DNA from: an uncultured Gemmatimonadaceae bacterium
Lineage (GTDB): Bacteria; Gemmatimonadota; Gemmatimonadetes; Gemmatimonadales; Gemmatimonadaceae
Length of the DNA: 64,000 bases
Reading direction: 5' to 3'
NCBI GenBank assembly: GCA_963761305.1
Contig: CAVXGK010000002.1
Location: 2,528,001 to 2,592,000, forward strand
Notes under the pieces: model-generated
What the model saw: only the letters and a program-made list of their open reading frames with translations
Told to the model about the DNA's origin: nothing
The model's database searches: none
Shown: positions 9,324-19,656 of the stretch, in pieces
How the letters are laid out: each line of letters begins with the position of its first letter
Position numbering within the stretch: position 1 is the stretch's first letter
Translations under genes and position numbers: made by a program

Positions 9324-10883
9324 ATGACGACCTGGCGGATTGGTCTGTTCGCGCTAGCGCTGGGTTCGCTCGGCGCATCGGTGGCGGCGGCGCGCCATTC
9401 GGGGCCGCCGCGACTCCGCGTCATCGGCACGAACGACTTCCACGGTGCGCTCGAGCCGCGTCCCGATACGCGCGGCGTGTTGCGCGGTGGCGCGGCCGCG
9501 CTGGCGGCGACGATCGAGCGCGCCGAAGGCGAGTGCGCGGCGCCTGACTGCCAATGGATTCTGGTCGACGGCGGCGACGAATTCCAAGGCACGCTGGCGT
9601 CGAACCTGGCGTTCGGACACCCGGTGTCGGGGATCTTCAACGAGCTGCACTACACCGCGGCCGCGCTCGGGAATCACGAGTTCGACTGGGGACAGGACAC
9701 GCTTCGCGCGCGGATGCGCGAGGAGCACTACGACGTGCTCGCGGCGAACGTGCGCTACGAGGACGGTCGCGACGTTCCTTGGATTCGCGACGACACGCTC
9801 GTCACGCGGGGCCCGTTCAAGATCGGGATCATCGGTCTCGTCACCCGCAGCACCAAAACGGCGGCGAAGGCGAGCGTGATCGCCGGACTCCGGTTCGACG
9901 ACCCGGCGCCGATCGTCGACAGCCTGTCGGCCGACCTGCGCAGACGCGGCGCCAACACGGTGATCGTCGTCGCCCATTCCGGCGGCTTCTGCGACGCGAA
10001 CGGATCCGGCGCCTGCAGCGGCGAGATCTTCGACATGGTGCGTTCCCTCAAGGAACACATCGACCTGGTCGTCGCCGGCCATTCGCATTCGCTCATCAAC
10101 ACGGTCATCAACGGCGTGCCGATCGTCCAGGCGTACTCGCACGGTTCGGCGATCGATGTGGTGGACATTCCGCTTCTCGACCGCACGAACGGTGCGATAC
10201 GCCACGAGGTTCGAAGCGTCTATCCGGACTCGATCCGCCCCGATCCCACGATTGCCAAGGACGTCGACGCCGCCGTGGGCGCCGTCGCGTCTCGCGCCGC
10301 CGAGCACATTGCGACGATCGCCGAGGACATGCCGGGCACCGATGAATCGCCGCTCGGCGATCTCGTCGCCGACGCGATGCGCGCCGCCGGTCACGCGGAC
10401 TTCGGCGCGATGAATCACGGCGGCATTCGGGCGGCGCTGCACAAAGGGCTCGCGACCTACTCGGACGTCTTCGAGGTCCAGCCGTTCGGCAACACGCTCT
10501 ACAAGCTCACCGCCAAGGGCGCCGACATGCGGCGCTACTTCGAGAAGGTCGTCGGTGGCCGGCGGCCCAATGCATGGCTCAGCGGAGTTCAGCTCACGTT
10601 CGAGCCGACACGCCCGGCGGGATCACGGATCACGTCGATCACTCTGGCGGACGGGCGGCCGTTCGACGACGCGGCGACCTACGCGATCGTGATCAACGAT
10701 TTCATGCTCACCGGCGGCAGCGGACTCGGATTCCCCGGCCAGCCCATCTCCTCGCAATCGGCCGACATCACGGACCTCGACGCGATGATCGCCTATCTCA
10801 AGAGTGCTCCGCAACCGGTGCAGCCGCCCCGGGATGCGCGCATTCGAACGGCCGCGGCGACCGGTGGAACGAAAACGGGCTAG
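9324..10883 (+). CDS. Secreted bifunctional metallophosphoesterase / 5'-nucleotidase
   Basis: Signal peptide; NDFHG, DGGD, GNHEFD, GHSH, NHGGIR, QPFGN. Confidence 0.92.
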   Translation: MTTWRIGLFALALGSLGASVAAARHSGPPRLRVIGTNDFHGALEPRPDTRGVLRGGAAALAATIERAEGECAAPDCQWILVDGGDEFQGTLASNLAFGHPVSGIFNELHYTAAALGNHEFDWGQDTLRARMREEHYDVLAANVRYEDGRDVPWIRDDTLVTRGPFKIGIIGLVTRSTKTAAKASVIAGLRFDDPAPIVDSLSADLRRRGANTVIVVAHSGGFCDANGSGACSGEIFDMVRSLKEHIDLVVAGHSHSLINTVINGVPIVQAYSHGSAIDVVDIPLLDRTNGAIRHEVRSVYPDSIRPDPTIAKDVDAAVGAVASRAAEHIATIAEDMPGTDESPLGDLVADAMRAAGHADFGAMNHGGIRAALHKGLATYSDVFEVQPFGNTLYKLTAKGADMRRYFEKVVGGRRPNAWLSGVQLTFEPTRPAGSRITSITLADGRPFDDAATYAIVINDFMLTGGSGLGFPGQPISSQSADITDLDAMIAYLKSAPQPVQPPRDARIRTAAATGGTKTG

Positions 10884-10923
10884 CCATCGTCCGTCTGAGG
10901 GGTTTACACTATAGAACAACAGT

Positions 10924-10972
10924 CCGTGGCGATTTTTGGCAACTTGCGGCCACGTTAAACATTCCGCTAAAG
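10924..10972 (+). ncRNA. SAM-II (SAM-alpha) riboswitch aptamer
   Basis: CCGTGGCGATTTTTGGCAACTTGCGGCCACGTTAAACATTCCGCTAAAG matches the SAM-II pattern (P1 CGTGGC/GCCACG, GATTT, TTGC, TAAA, GCTAAA); lies directly upstream of metH. Confidence 0.88.
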
Positions 10973-10977
10973 CGCCG

Positions 10978-11010
10978 GCCCGAGCGCTAGCGTTGCGGGC
11001 ATTTTTCTTT
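10978..11010 (+). terminator. Intrinsic terminator-like hairpin in metH leader
   Basis: GCCCG-AGCG-CTAG-CGTT-G-CGGGC followed by ATTTTTCTTT. Confidence 0.7.
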
Positions 11011-11027
11011 GTCGCACGGCACCCTCG

Positions 11028-14000
11028 ATGGCTGACCCGACGTTCTCCCCTCGAACGACTACGCCCGCCCATCGCACGAACGAGTCCGCGTACCTGGCGG
11101 CCATCGCGCGCGGCGTGGTCGTGTTCGACGGCGCCATGGGGACGAACATCCAGCGGTTTCACCCCACGCCCGAAGACTTTGGCGGCAAGTCGCTCGAGGG
11201 GTGCAACGACCACCTGGTGCTCACCCGGCCCGACATCATCCAGTCGATCCACGAGTCGTTTCTCCAGGTGGGGTGCGACGTCGTCGAGACGTGCACCTTC
11301 CAGTCGACACCGCACCGCTTGCGCGAATGGGGGATCGAGGAAAAGACGCGCGAGTTGAACGTCGCGGCGGCCAGGCTCGCAAGGGCGGCGTGCGACAAGT
11401 ACGCCACGCCCGACCGTCCGCGGTTCGTCGCCGGGTCGATCGGACCGACGGGTTTGCTCCTCTCGAGCAGCGATCCGGTTCTCTCGAACACGACGTTCGC
11501 GGCGCTCGAGGAGAACTACTACACGCAAGCGAAGTATCTCGTAGAAGGGGGCGTCGACGTCCTCCTCATCGAGACGGCGCAGGACATCCTCGAGGTGAAG
11601 GCGGCGATCGCCGGCTTCGAGCGGTTGTTCGACGAGATCGGCCGGCGCGTGGCGGTCCAGGCTCAGGTCACGCTAGACACGAGCGGCCGCATGCTGCTCG
11701 GCACCGACATCGCCAGCGCGATGACGACGTTGGAGGCGCTGCCCATCGATGTGATTGGGCTCAACTGTTCGACGGGCCCCGAGCACATGCGCGAGCCGAT
11801 CCGCTTTCTCGCGGGCAACGCGTCGCGGCCGGTGTCGTGCATTCCGAACGCCGGACTTCCGCTCAACACGGGCACCGGCGACGCGGTCTATCCGCTCGAG
11901 CCGGAACCGATGGCCGCCATGCTCGGCGAATTCGTCGAGCAGTTCGGCGTGCGGATCGTCGGCGGATGTTGCGGCACGCGCCCCGAGCATCTGGCGGCGA
12001 TCGTCGAACGCGTGCGAGCGGGAACGACAGCGAAGCCGCCGGAAACCCACGCCGCGCCGGAGGCCGGCTCGGTGCGCGGATCGCGCGTGCCACGCGCGGC
12101 GTCGGCGATGCGCGCGACCGACTTCGACCAGAATCCCAAGCCGCTACTCATCGGCGAGCGGGTGAACTCGCAGGGCTCGCGCAAAGTGAAGCGCTTGCTT
12201 CTCGCCGACGACTACGAGGGCATCGGCACCGTCGCGCGCGAGCAGGTCGAGTCGGGCGCGCACGTGCTCGACGTGTGCGTCGCGCTCACCGAGCGCGCCG
12301 ACGAAGCCGAGCAGATGGCGAAGGTGGTGAAGCTGCTGTCGATGACCGTCGAGACGCCGATCATGATCGACTCGACGGAGCCGGCGGTCGTGCAGCGCGC
12401 GCTGGAAGCGATTCCGGGACGCGGCATCATCAACTCCATCAACATGGAGAACGGCCGCAAGCGCATCGACCAGGTCGTGCCGCTCGCCAAGCGCTACGGC
12501 GCGGCACTCGTCGCGCTCACGATCGACGAGATCGGGATGGCCAAGACGCGCGATCGGAAGCTCGAGGTCGCGAAGAAGATCTACGAGATCGTCGTCGGCG
12601 AGTACGGGCTCACGGCGCAGGACCTGATCTACGACGACCTCACGTTCACGCTGGCGACGGGCGACCCGGAGTGGATCGAGTCCGCCGTCGAGACGATCGA
12701 GGGCATTCGACTCATCAAGCGCGAGCTGCCGGGCGTGTTCACCAGCCTCGGCGTGTCGAACGTGAGCTTCGGCCTCGCGCCGGAAGCGCGGGCGGTTCTG
12801 AATTCCGTGTTCCTGCATCACTGTGTCGAGGCGGGGCTCGACATGGCGATCGTGAATCCGGCTCACGTGCAGCCGTACGCCGAGATTCCCGCCGACGAGC
12901 GCGCGCTGGCCGACGACCTGGTGTTCAATCGCCGGGCGGACGCGCTCCAGCGGTTCATCGAGCATTTCGAGGCGCGCAAGGGCGGCGGCAACGCACGCGC
13001 GTCGGAGGTCGAAGATCCCACCGCCTCGATGACGCTGGACGAGCGCGTCCACTGGATGGTGGTTCACCGGAAAAAGGAAGGCATCGAAGCGGCGCTCGAC
13101 GCGGCCGGCGTGCGCGAGCAACCGGTGCGCGTGCTCAACGAGGTGCTGCTGCCGGCGATGAAGGAAGTCGGCGACAAGTTCGGCGCCGGCGAGCTGATTC
13201 TGCCGTTCGTCTTGCAGTCGGCCGAGGTGATGAAAAAGGCGGTCAAGCATCTCGAGCAGTTTCTCGAGCGCGCGGAGGGTTACACCAAGGGCCGCGTGGT
13301 GCTGGCGACGGTCTATGGCGACGTGCACGACATCGGAAAATCGCTCGTCAACACCATTCTCTCGAACAACGGCTACACGGTGTTCGACCTCGGCAAACAG
13401 GTTCCTGTAAATACTATTATTGAGAAGGCGCTCGAGGTGAACGCCGACGCGATCGGACTCTCGGCGCTCCTCGTGTCGACGTCGAAACAAATGCCGCTGT
13501 GCGTGCAGGAGCTGGATCGGCGCGGACTCAAGATTCCCGTGCTGATCGGCGGCGCGGCCATCAACCGGCGGTTCGGCCGCCGCGCGATGTTCGTGGAGGG
13601 TGAGCGCGCGTACGACTCGGGCGTCTTCTATTGCAAGGACGCCTTCGAAGGACTCGAGACGATGGACCGCCTGCAGGACGGCGGCTCTCGCGATGCCTTC
13701 GTCGCCCGCCTGCTCGACGACGCGCGCAACGACAAGTTTCTCACGACGACGGTCGGCAAGGACGTCGCGGCGGGCGTTGCCGCCGGCGCGCGGAGCGACG
13801 TCAACGCCGACAACCCCGTTCCGGCGGCGCCGTTCTTCGGCGTGCGGACGCTCGACGACATTCCGCTCGACGAAGTGTTCTCGCTGCTCGATCTCGACGA
13901 GCTGTATCGCCTGCAATGGGGCGCTCGCGGATCGGGCGAAGCCTACGAAGCGACGGTGCGCGAGTTCGAGCCGACGCGCGCGCGTCTGCAGGAATCCGCG

Positions 14001-14612
14001 AAATGCGACGGTTGGCTGCGGCCGCGAGCCGTCTACGGACTCTTCCCCGCTCAATCGACGGGCAACCATCTCGTCATCTACGATCCCGCGGCGTACGCGA
14101 AAGACGGCACGACGCGCGAGATCTCGCGCTTCCATTTCCCCCGCCAGGACGGCCGCGAACGCCTCTGCATCGCCGACTACTTCCGTTCTGTCACCTCGAG
14201 CGACGTAGACGTCGTGGGCTTCCAGATCGTGACCGTCGGCGACGCGGCCAGCGAGCGATTCCAGTCGCTGCAAACGGCCGGCGAATACACCGAGGCGTTT
14301 TACGTGCACGGCCTCGCCGTCGAGACGGCGGAGGCGGTCGCCGAGTGGATGCATCGACGGATCCGGCACGAGCTGGGCGTGCCCGGCGGACAGGGCAAAC
14401 GATACTCGTGGGGCTACGGCGCCTGTCCCGACCTCGAGGACCACGCGCAGCTCTTCACGATTCTGCCGGCCGAGCAGTCACTCGGCATGCAACTCACGAG
14501 CGCGTTCCAGCTGATTCCCGAGCAGAGCACGGCGGCGATCATCGTGCATCACCCGCAGGCGAAGTACTACGCTGTGCGCGCCGAGGGCGCGAGCGCCGCC
14601 CCTCCCCGATGA
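11028..14612 (+). CDS. metH: Cobalamin-dependent methionine synthase
   Basis: DGAMGT, GLNC, GGCCGT, pterin-binding domain IGERVN, B12 motif GDVHDIGK, activation domain RYSWGYGACPDL. Confidence 0.97.
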   Translation: MADPTFSPRTTTPAHRTNESAYLAAIARGVVVFDGAMGTNIQRFHPTPEDFGGKSLEGCNDHLVLTRPDIIQSIHESFLQVGCDVVETCTFQSTPHRLREWGIEEKTRELNVAAARLARAACDKYATPDRPRFVAGSIGPTGLLLSSSDPVLSNTTFAALEENYYTQAKYLVEGGVDVLLIETAQDILEVKAAIAGFERLFDEIGRRVAVQAQVTLDTSGRMLLGTDIASAMTTLEALPIDVIGLNCSTGPEHMREPIRFLAGNASRPVSCIPNAGLPLNTGTGDAVYPLEPEPMAAMLGEFVEQFGVRIVGGCCGTRPEHLAAIVERVRAGTTAKPPETHAAPEAGSVRGSRVPRAASAMRATDFDQNPKPLLIGERVNSQGSRKVKRLLLADDYEGIGTVAREQVESGAHVLDVCVALTERADEAEQMAKVVKLLSMTVETPIMIDSTEPAVVQRALEAIPGRGIINSINMENGRKRIDQVVPLAKRYGAALVALTIDEIGMAKTRDRKLEVAKKIYEIVVGEYGLTAQDLIYDDLTFTLATGDPEWIESAVETIEGIRLIKRELPGVFTSLGVSNVSFGLAPEARAVLNSVFLHHCVEAGLDMAIVNPAHVQPYAEIPADERALADDLVFNRRADALQRFIEHFEARKGGGNARASEVEDPTASMTLDERVHWMVVHRKKEGIEAALDAAGVREQPVRVLNEVLLPAMKEVGDKFGAGELILPFVLQSAEVMKKAVKHLEQFLERAEGYTKGRVVLATVYGDVHDIGKSLVNTILSNNGYTVFDLGKQVPVNTIIEKALEVNADAIGLSALLVSTSKQMPLCVQELDRRGLKIPVLIGGAAINRRFGRRAMFVEGERAYDSGVFYCKDAFEGLETMDRLQDGGSRDAFVARLLDDARNDKFLTTTVGKDVAAGVAAGARSDVNADNPVPAAPFFGVRTLDDIPLDEVFSLLDLDELYRLQWGARGSGEAYEATVREFEPTRARLQESAKCDGWLRPRAVYGLFPAQSTGNHLVIYDPAAYAKDGTTREISRFHFPRQDGRERLCIADYFRSVTSSDVDVVGFQIVTVGDAASERFQSLQTAGEYTEAFYVHGLAVETAEAVAEWMHRRIRHELGVPGGQGKRYSWGYGACPDLEDHAQLFTILPAEQSLGMQLTSAFQLIPEQSTAAIIVHHPQAKYYAVRAEGASAAPPR

Positions 14613-16486
14613 CGGCGACCATCGAACGTCTGCTCGACCCGAATGCCATCATCGTGTTCGACGGCGCGATGGGCACGATGCTGTACAGCAAGGGCGTGTT
14701 CATCAACCAGTGCTACGACGAGCTGAACGTCCGCGCGCCGGAGCTCGTACGCGACATCCATATGCAGTATGTCAAAGCAGGGGCGGATGTCATCGAGACG
14801 AACAGTTTCGGGGCCAATCGCCTCAAGCTCGTGCAGCACGGACTGCAAGATCAGGTGAAGGAGTTGAACCGCGCCGCGGCGAAGGTGGCGCGCGACGCCG
14901 CCGACGGCCGCGCACTGGTCGCGGGCGCGGTCGGTCCGCTCGGCGTTCGCCTCGAGCCGTACGGCCCGACGAGCAAGGCCGAAGCGTGCGCGACCTTCAG
15001 GGAACAGCTCGAGGGGCTCGCCGAGGGTGGCGTCGATCTGTTCATCCTCGAGACCTTCTCCGATCTCGACGAGATCGAGCAGGCCATTCTCGCCGCGCGC
15101 GAGGTCGACGCGAACAAGCCGATCATCGCGCAGATGACGATCGGCGCCGACGGCCGCACGCCCTATGGCGCCGAGACCGACGTCGTCGCGCGCAAGCTCG
15201 ACGCGTGGGGTGCCGACATCATCGGATTGAACTGCTCCGTCGGTCCGCAAACGATTCTCGAGTGTGTCGAGAAGATGGCACCGGCTACGCGGCGCAAGTT
15301 GAGCGCCCAGCCGAACGCGGGCATGCCGCGCGACGTCGGCGGCCGCAGCATGTACATGGCGAGCCCCGAATACATGGCGACCTACGCGCGTCATCTCGTG
15401 CAAGCGGGCGCGAAGATCGTGGGCGGATGCTGCGGTACGACCCCTGAGCACATCCACGCGATCGTCGAAGGGATTCGTCCTCTCGCGCCTCGCCTCGCCG
15501 GAACCGCCGTGATTCATGACCCCGTGCCGGCGGGCAACGGCGCTCCTGCCGAGCGGCGGCCGCCGGCCGCCGTGGAGACGGTGCCGCTCGCCGAGCGTTC
15601 CCATTGGGCGAAGAAATTGGCGACGCGGGAGTTCGTGTCGTCGGTGGAGATCGTGCCGCCGCGCGGCGTCGACGCGTCGCGCATGCTCGCCGACGTGAAG
15701 AAGCTCAAGGATGCCGGTGTCGACGCCGTGAACGTGCCGGACGGACCGCGCGCGCAGAGCCGGATGGGCGCGCTCCTGACGAGCGTGTTGATCGAGCAGC
15801 AAGTCGGCATCGAGACGGTCACGCACTACGCTTGCCGCGACCGCAACCTGCTCGGCATGCTGAGCGACCTGTTGGGTGCCTCGGCTGTAGGCCTTCGCAA
15901 TTTGCTCATCGTCACCGGGGATCCGCCGAAGATGGGTCCCTATCCCGACGCGACGGCCGTCTTCGACGTGGACTCGATCGGCCTCACCAACCTGGTGAGC
16001 CACCTCAATCGGGGGCTCGATCCCGGCGGCAACGCGATCGGCCAACCGACCCGTTTCGCGATCGGCGTCGGCGTGAACCCGGTGGCGATCGACGTCGAGC
16101 AGGAGATTCGCAGGTTCACCTGGAAAGTGGACGCCGGAGCTGAGTTCGCGATCACCCAGCCGGTGTTCGACGCGGCTCAGCTGGAGAAGTTCTTCGAGCG
16201 GATCGGCGGCAAGCACATTCCGGTAGTGGCCGGCATCTGGCCGCTCGTGTCGGTGCGGAACGCCGAGTTTCTCGCCAACGAGGTGCCGGGCGTGTCGGTG
16301 CCGGAGGCCGTGATCGCGCGCATGCGTCGCGCGAACGAGAAGTCAAAGGAACACGCGGTGGCCGAGGGGATCGCGATCGCGCGTGAGATGTTCGAGCGGA
16401 TCCGGCCGCTCGTGCAGGGGATTCAGGTCTCGGCGCCGTTCGGCAAGGTGGAGCTGGCGCTCCAGGTCCTCGAGAGTCGCGCCTAA
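14609..16486 (+). CDS. yitJ: Bifunctional homocysteine S-methyltransferase / methylenetetrahydrofolate reductase (YitJ-like)
   Basis: N-terminal DGAMGT..GLNC..GGCCGT; C-terminal MTHFR motifs HYACRDRN, TGDPPK, AITQPVFD; ATGA overlap with metH. Confidence 0.9.
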   Translation: MTATIERLLDPNAIIVFDGAMGTMLYSKGVFINQCYDELNVRAPELVRDIHMQYVKAGADVIETNSFGANRLKLVQHGLQDQVKELNRAAAKVARDAADGRALVAGAVGPLGVRLEPYGPTSKAEACATFREQLEGLAEGGVDLFILETFSDLDEIEQAILAAREVDANKPIIAQMTIGADGRTPYGAETDVVARKLDAWGADIIGLNCSVGPQTILECVEKMAPATRRKLSAQPNAGMPRDVGGRSMYMASPEYMATYARHLVQAGAKIVGGCCGTTPEHIHAIVEGIRPLAPRLAGTAVIHDPVPAGNGAPAERRPPAAVETVPLAERSHWAKKLATREFVSSVEIVPPRGVDASRMLADVKKLKDAGVDAVNVPDGPRAQSRMGALLTSVLIEQQVGIETVTHYACRDRNLLGMLSDLLGASAVGLRNLLIVTGDPPKMGPYPDATAVFDVDSIGLTNLVSHLNRGLDPGGNAIGQPTRFAIGVGVNPVAIDVEQEIRRFTWKVDAGAEFAITQPVFDAAQLEKFFERIGGKHIPVVAGIWPLVSVRNAEFLANEVPGVSVPEAVIARMRRANEKSKEHAVAEGIAIAREMFERIRPLVQGIQVSAPFGKVELALQVLESRA

Positions 16487-17793
16487 GCGCGACCCAGCGC
16501 CTTCTTCGCCGCTTCTTCGCCGCTGATGAACGCCTGGTCCGTCCAGGCGTGGTTCCAGTCGCCGTAGCGGCCGCAGTAGTGAATCCCGACGTCGCTCAGA
16601 AAACCGTGAATCGTCTTCACGGCCGCCGCGCGGTCGAGATCGTAGATCACGTTGGCGTAGCGGTTGATCGCGACGTCCTGGTGCAGAATCTTGTCCGTGT
16701 CTCGGATGAAATCGGTGCGACGCAGATCCGTGATCACGCGCTCCATGAGGTCGGCCGGGTTGGCCGGCACCGGACGGTACTTGTCGGAAAAGTACACCTC
16801 GGCCTGAATCGTTCCGCAGCCCGGCGGCGCGTTGCGCGGCGAGAACATGTGCGGGAGGTTGACCCGCGAAAAGATGATGTCCTCGTCGTAGAAATACGTG
16901 ATGCCGCCCTCCGACAGATCCGCGCGATCGATGCCGAAGTTGAACAACACGGCCGTCGTGAACGCGAGCTGCTTGGCGGCTAGCCGAACGTCGTCCGGAG
17001 CGCGCGCGATGAGCGGCACGAGATCCGGAAGCGGAATCGACGAGATCACCTGGTCGTACGTCGCCTCTTTGCCGTTCGTGAACCGTATCCGTCTCGCCTT
17101 CGGATCGATCTCGGCCACGCCGTGGTCGAGCTTCAGGTCGTATCGCTCGGCGAAGGCGGCGAGATAGGTCTTGAATCCGCCGACCTTCGGATAGCGGAAC
17201 ATGTCGACGTAGTGCGCGGCGTTGCCCTGCGACGCGCCGGGGATCGCGCCGCGGAACACCTCCTCGATGCTCGGCCGATACATTCGCGGACCGATCCAGT
17301 CGGTCGTCAACCGGTCCATCGTCGTCGTGTGATACTTGTGGCCGTAGACCATCGGGAACATGCTCGCGAAGGTCTTTCCGTACGCATCGACCAGCCATTC
17401 GGCGTAGCTGGCGCCCGGCGTCGACTCCTTCCCGCCCTGCGACACGTACTCGGTCATGATCGTGACGGCGAGGTCGGGCGGAAGCTTGGCGAGATTGCAC
17501 TGCACGGGATGCGGGATGCGCCGACCCTTCCAATAGTTGTCCGCGCCCAGCCGCCGCTCCTCGAACTCACCCTTCACGTTCTCGGCGAGAATGTCTCGCA
17601 CGTGGGCGTGTTTGGTGAACGACACGTGGCCGCCTTCGTCGTAGACGAAGCCGCTCTCGTAGCGAAGCGAGTGCGTGTGCCCGCCGTAATAGGGATTGCG
17701 ATCGTACATGACGAACGGCATCCCGGCGGCTTCGAGGGCGTGCCCGGCACCGAAGCCGGCCATGCCCGTCCCCAAGACGGCGAAGCGAGTCAC
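16483..17793 (-). CDS. FAD-dependent oxidoreductase (protoporphyrinogen oxidase / UDP-galactopyranose mutase-like)
   Basis: AVLGTGMAG dinucleotide motif, YDEGGH, CGRYGDW; last gene of sugar cluster. Confidence 0.8.
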   Translation of the reverse strand: MTRFAVLGTGMAGFGAGHALEAAGMPFVMYDRNPYYGGHTHSLRYESGFVYDEGGHVSFTKHAHVRDILAENVKGEFEERRLGADNYWKGRRIPHPVQCNLAKLPPDLAVTIMTEYVSQGGKESTPGASYAEWLVDAYGKTFASMFPMVYGHKYHTTTMDRLTTDWIGPRMYRPSIEEVFRGAIPGASQGNAAHYVDMFRYPKVGGFKTYLAAFAERYDLKLDHGVAEIDPKARRIRFTNGKEATYDQVISSIPLPDLVPLIARAPDDVRLAAKQLAFTTAVLFNFGIDRADLSEGGITYFYDEDIIFSRVNLPHMFSPRNAPPGCGTIQAEVYFSDKYRPVPANPADLMERVITDLRRTDFIRDTDKILHQDVAINRYANVIYDLDRAAAVKTIHGFLSDVGIHYCGRYGDWNHAWTDQAFISGEEAAKKALGRA

Positions 17794-18824
17794 GAAGCTT
17801 TTCTCCAGCGCAGGTCGGAATCCACGCGTCCCTGCTCGAGCAGGCGAAGCAGCGATTTGACGCGCGAGTAGCGGGCCCCCTCGAGATCGTCTCGCGTGAG
17901 GCCGATGGCCATGAACGCGTCGCGCAACTGATTGATGCCGCGCTCGACGTTCCAGGTGGGCCGGAACCCGGGAACCATCCGCGTGATCTTGGAAAAATCG
18001 ACGCGGTAGCAGCGAGGATCCGCGCCGGCGCCTTCGGCGAAGCTCACTTCGCTTCCCGCGACCGCGCGCTGCACCATCTCGGCCACGGTGCGAATGCGAT
18101 AGTTCTCGCCCTGGCGTCCGACGTTGAATGCCTGCGAATGGATCGACTCGCGCGGCGCGACGAGGATCGCCGCGAACGCGCGGCACACGTCTTCGACGTG
18201 CACGAGCGGTCGCCACGGCGATCCGTCGCTCTTGAGCACGACCTTTCCCGTGGTCACCGCCCAGCCGACCAGGTTGTTCACCACCACGTCCCCGCGCAGA
18301 CGAGGCGACACGCCGTAGCAGGTGGCATTGCGAAGGAACGTCGGGCTGAAGGACTCATCGGCCAGGCCGAGCAGCTCGTGCTCGACCGACACCTTCGATT
18401 CGGCGTAGGGAGTGATCGGCGCGAACGTCGCCTGCTCGTCGAGAATGTCGTCGGGACTCGACGCCCCGTAGACGCTGCACGACGAGGAAAACAGGAACCG
18501 CTGGACGCCGGCCGCCTTCGCGAGGCGGGCAAGGTGAATCGACGCGCGGTGATTGATCCCGTACGTACACTCGGGATTGAGATCGCCGACCGGGTCGTTG
18601 GACAGCGCCGCCAGATGCACGACCGCGTCGAAGCCGGCCAGATCCTCGGCGCGGATGTCCCGCAGGTCGCGATCGATGACCGAAACACGCGGCGTGTCAT
18701 CTCCGAACGCGCAGTCCCGGTAGTATCGCGTGTCGAGGCCTACGACCTCGTGTCCTTCGTTCTGGAGAAACGGCCCCAGGACCGCGCCGATATATCCATC
18801 GTGACCCGTCATCAACACTCGCAC
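17790..18824 (-). CDS. NAD-dependent epimerase/dehydratase (extended SDR)
   Basis: TGHDGYIG, HLAALSND, SSCSVYG, YAESK. Confidence 0.92.
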   Translation of the reverse strand: MRVLMTGHDGYIGAVLGPFLQNEGHEVVGLDTRYYRDCAFGDDTPRVSVIDRDLRDIRAEDLAGFDAVVHLAALSNDPVGDLNPECTYGINHRASIHLARLAKAAGVQRFLFSSSCSVYGASSPDDILDEQATFAPITPYAESKVSVEHELLGLADESFSPTFLRNATCYGVSPRLRGDVVVNNLVGWAVTTGKVVLKSDGSPWRPLVHVEDVCRAFAAILVAPRESIHSQAFNVGRQGENYRIRTVAEMVQRAVAGSEVSFAEGAGADPRCYRVDFSKITRMVPGFRPTWNVERGINQLRDAFMAIGLTRDDLEGARYSRVKSLLRLLEQGRVDSDLRWRKAS

Positions 18825-18976
18825 GTCTGCACCTCGCGGGGGGGCAACTGACGACGGAATTGTACTGTGCGGGAGTGGTGAGCGCTCATCGACGAGAAGA
18901 CTGAATCGGAGGGGGTGCGGGACTGCCTATTAGACGCCCGGCGCCTGTTTTCGGCACACGCGCGGAGCGCGCGCGC

Positions 18977-19648
18977 TTACTTGGCCGAGCCAGGGGCGAT
19001 CAAGATCTTGCGGGCGTGAAATGCCTCGGCGTATCCCTCGGGGGCGGCGCATTCGACGCCGCGAATGCGCATGAGTCCGTCGAAGGTGGACGCGGAATAC
19101 CAGTGCTTTCGCCGCTGGCTGGGGAAGGACGTCATCAGGTGACGCACTTTGCGCCGTCGGATCGCCGGACTCAGCGGCACGAAGACGCTCGGACGACCGA
19201 GGTCCCCGTCGTACTTCGGGATTTCATATTCGAGGATACAATAGTCGCGGAACGTGTTCCAGGTGAGCTCCGAGACCATCCGATGATCCTGGTGCGCGTC
19301 GTCGCCGCGGTGCGTGAACACGAGATCCGGATCCGCGCGTTGCTTGATCTGCTCGAAGCGATCTTTGAGCTCGGCGCCCTGAAAGGGAAAGAAGCCGTCG
19401 CGGAACTCGGCGACCTCGATGTCCAACCCCGCCGCTCCACGCGCCAGGCGGGTGGCGCTCCTGCGCGCCTCCTGTGCGCGCCGGCGGTCGCCGCTGAGGA
19501 CGACCCAGTGGAGCATCACGCGCCGCCGTTCGGCGATGAGCCGGAGCAGCGTGCCGCCGCATCCGATCTCGATGTCGTCCGAGTGCGCGCCCAAACAAAG
19601 CACCGCGAGAGGGCCACGCGGAGGGAGACCGAACGTAAACGGCAGCAT
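18977..19648 (-). CDS. PIG-L/LmbE family deacetylase
   Basis: GAHSDDIEIGCGG, HQDHR. Confidence 0.9.
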   Translation of the reverse strand: MLPFTFGLPPRGPLAVLCLGAHSDDIEIGCGGTLLRLIAERRRVMLHWVVLSGDRRRAQEARRSATRLARGAAGLDIEVAEFRDGFFPFQGAELKDRFEQIKQRADPDLVFTHRGDDAHQDHRMVSELTWNTFRDYCILEYEIPKYDGDLGRPSVFVPLSPAIRRRKVRHLMTSFPSQRRKHWYSASTFDGLMRIRGVECAAPEGYAEAFHARKILIAPGSAK

Positions 19649-19656
19649 CTCGTCGT

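Noticed and set aside
12144..16216. Very long antisense and alternate-frame ORFs (e.g. 12144-14444, 14567-16216; also 35399-37999, 43738-45630)
   Set aside because: Shadow ORFs expected in high-GC coding DNA; Arg/Ala-rich, no motifs, and fully overlapping well-supported genes.
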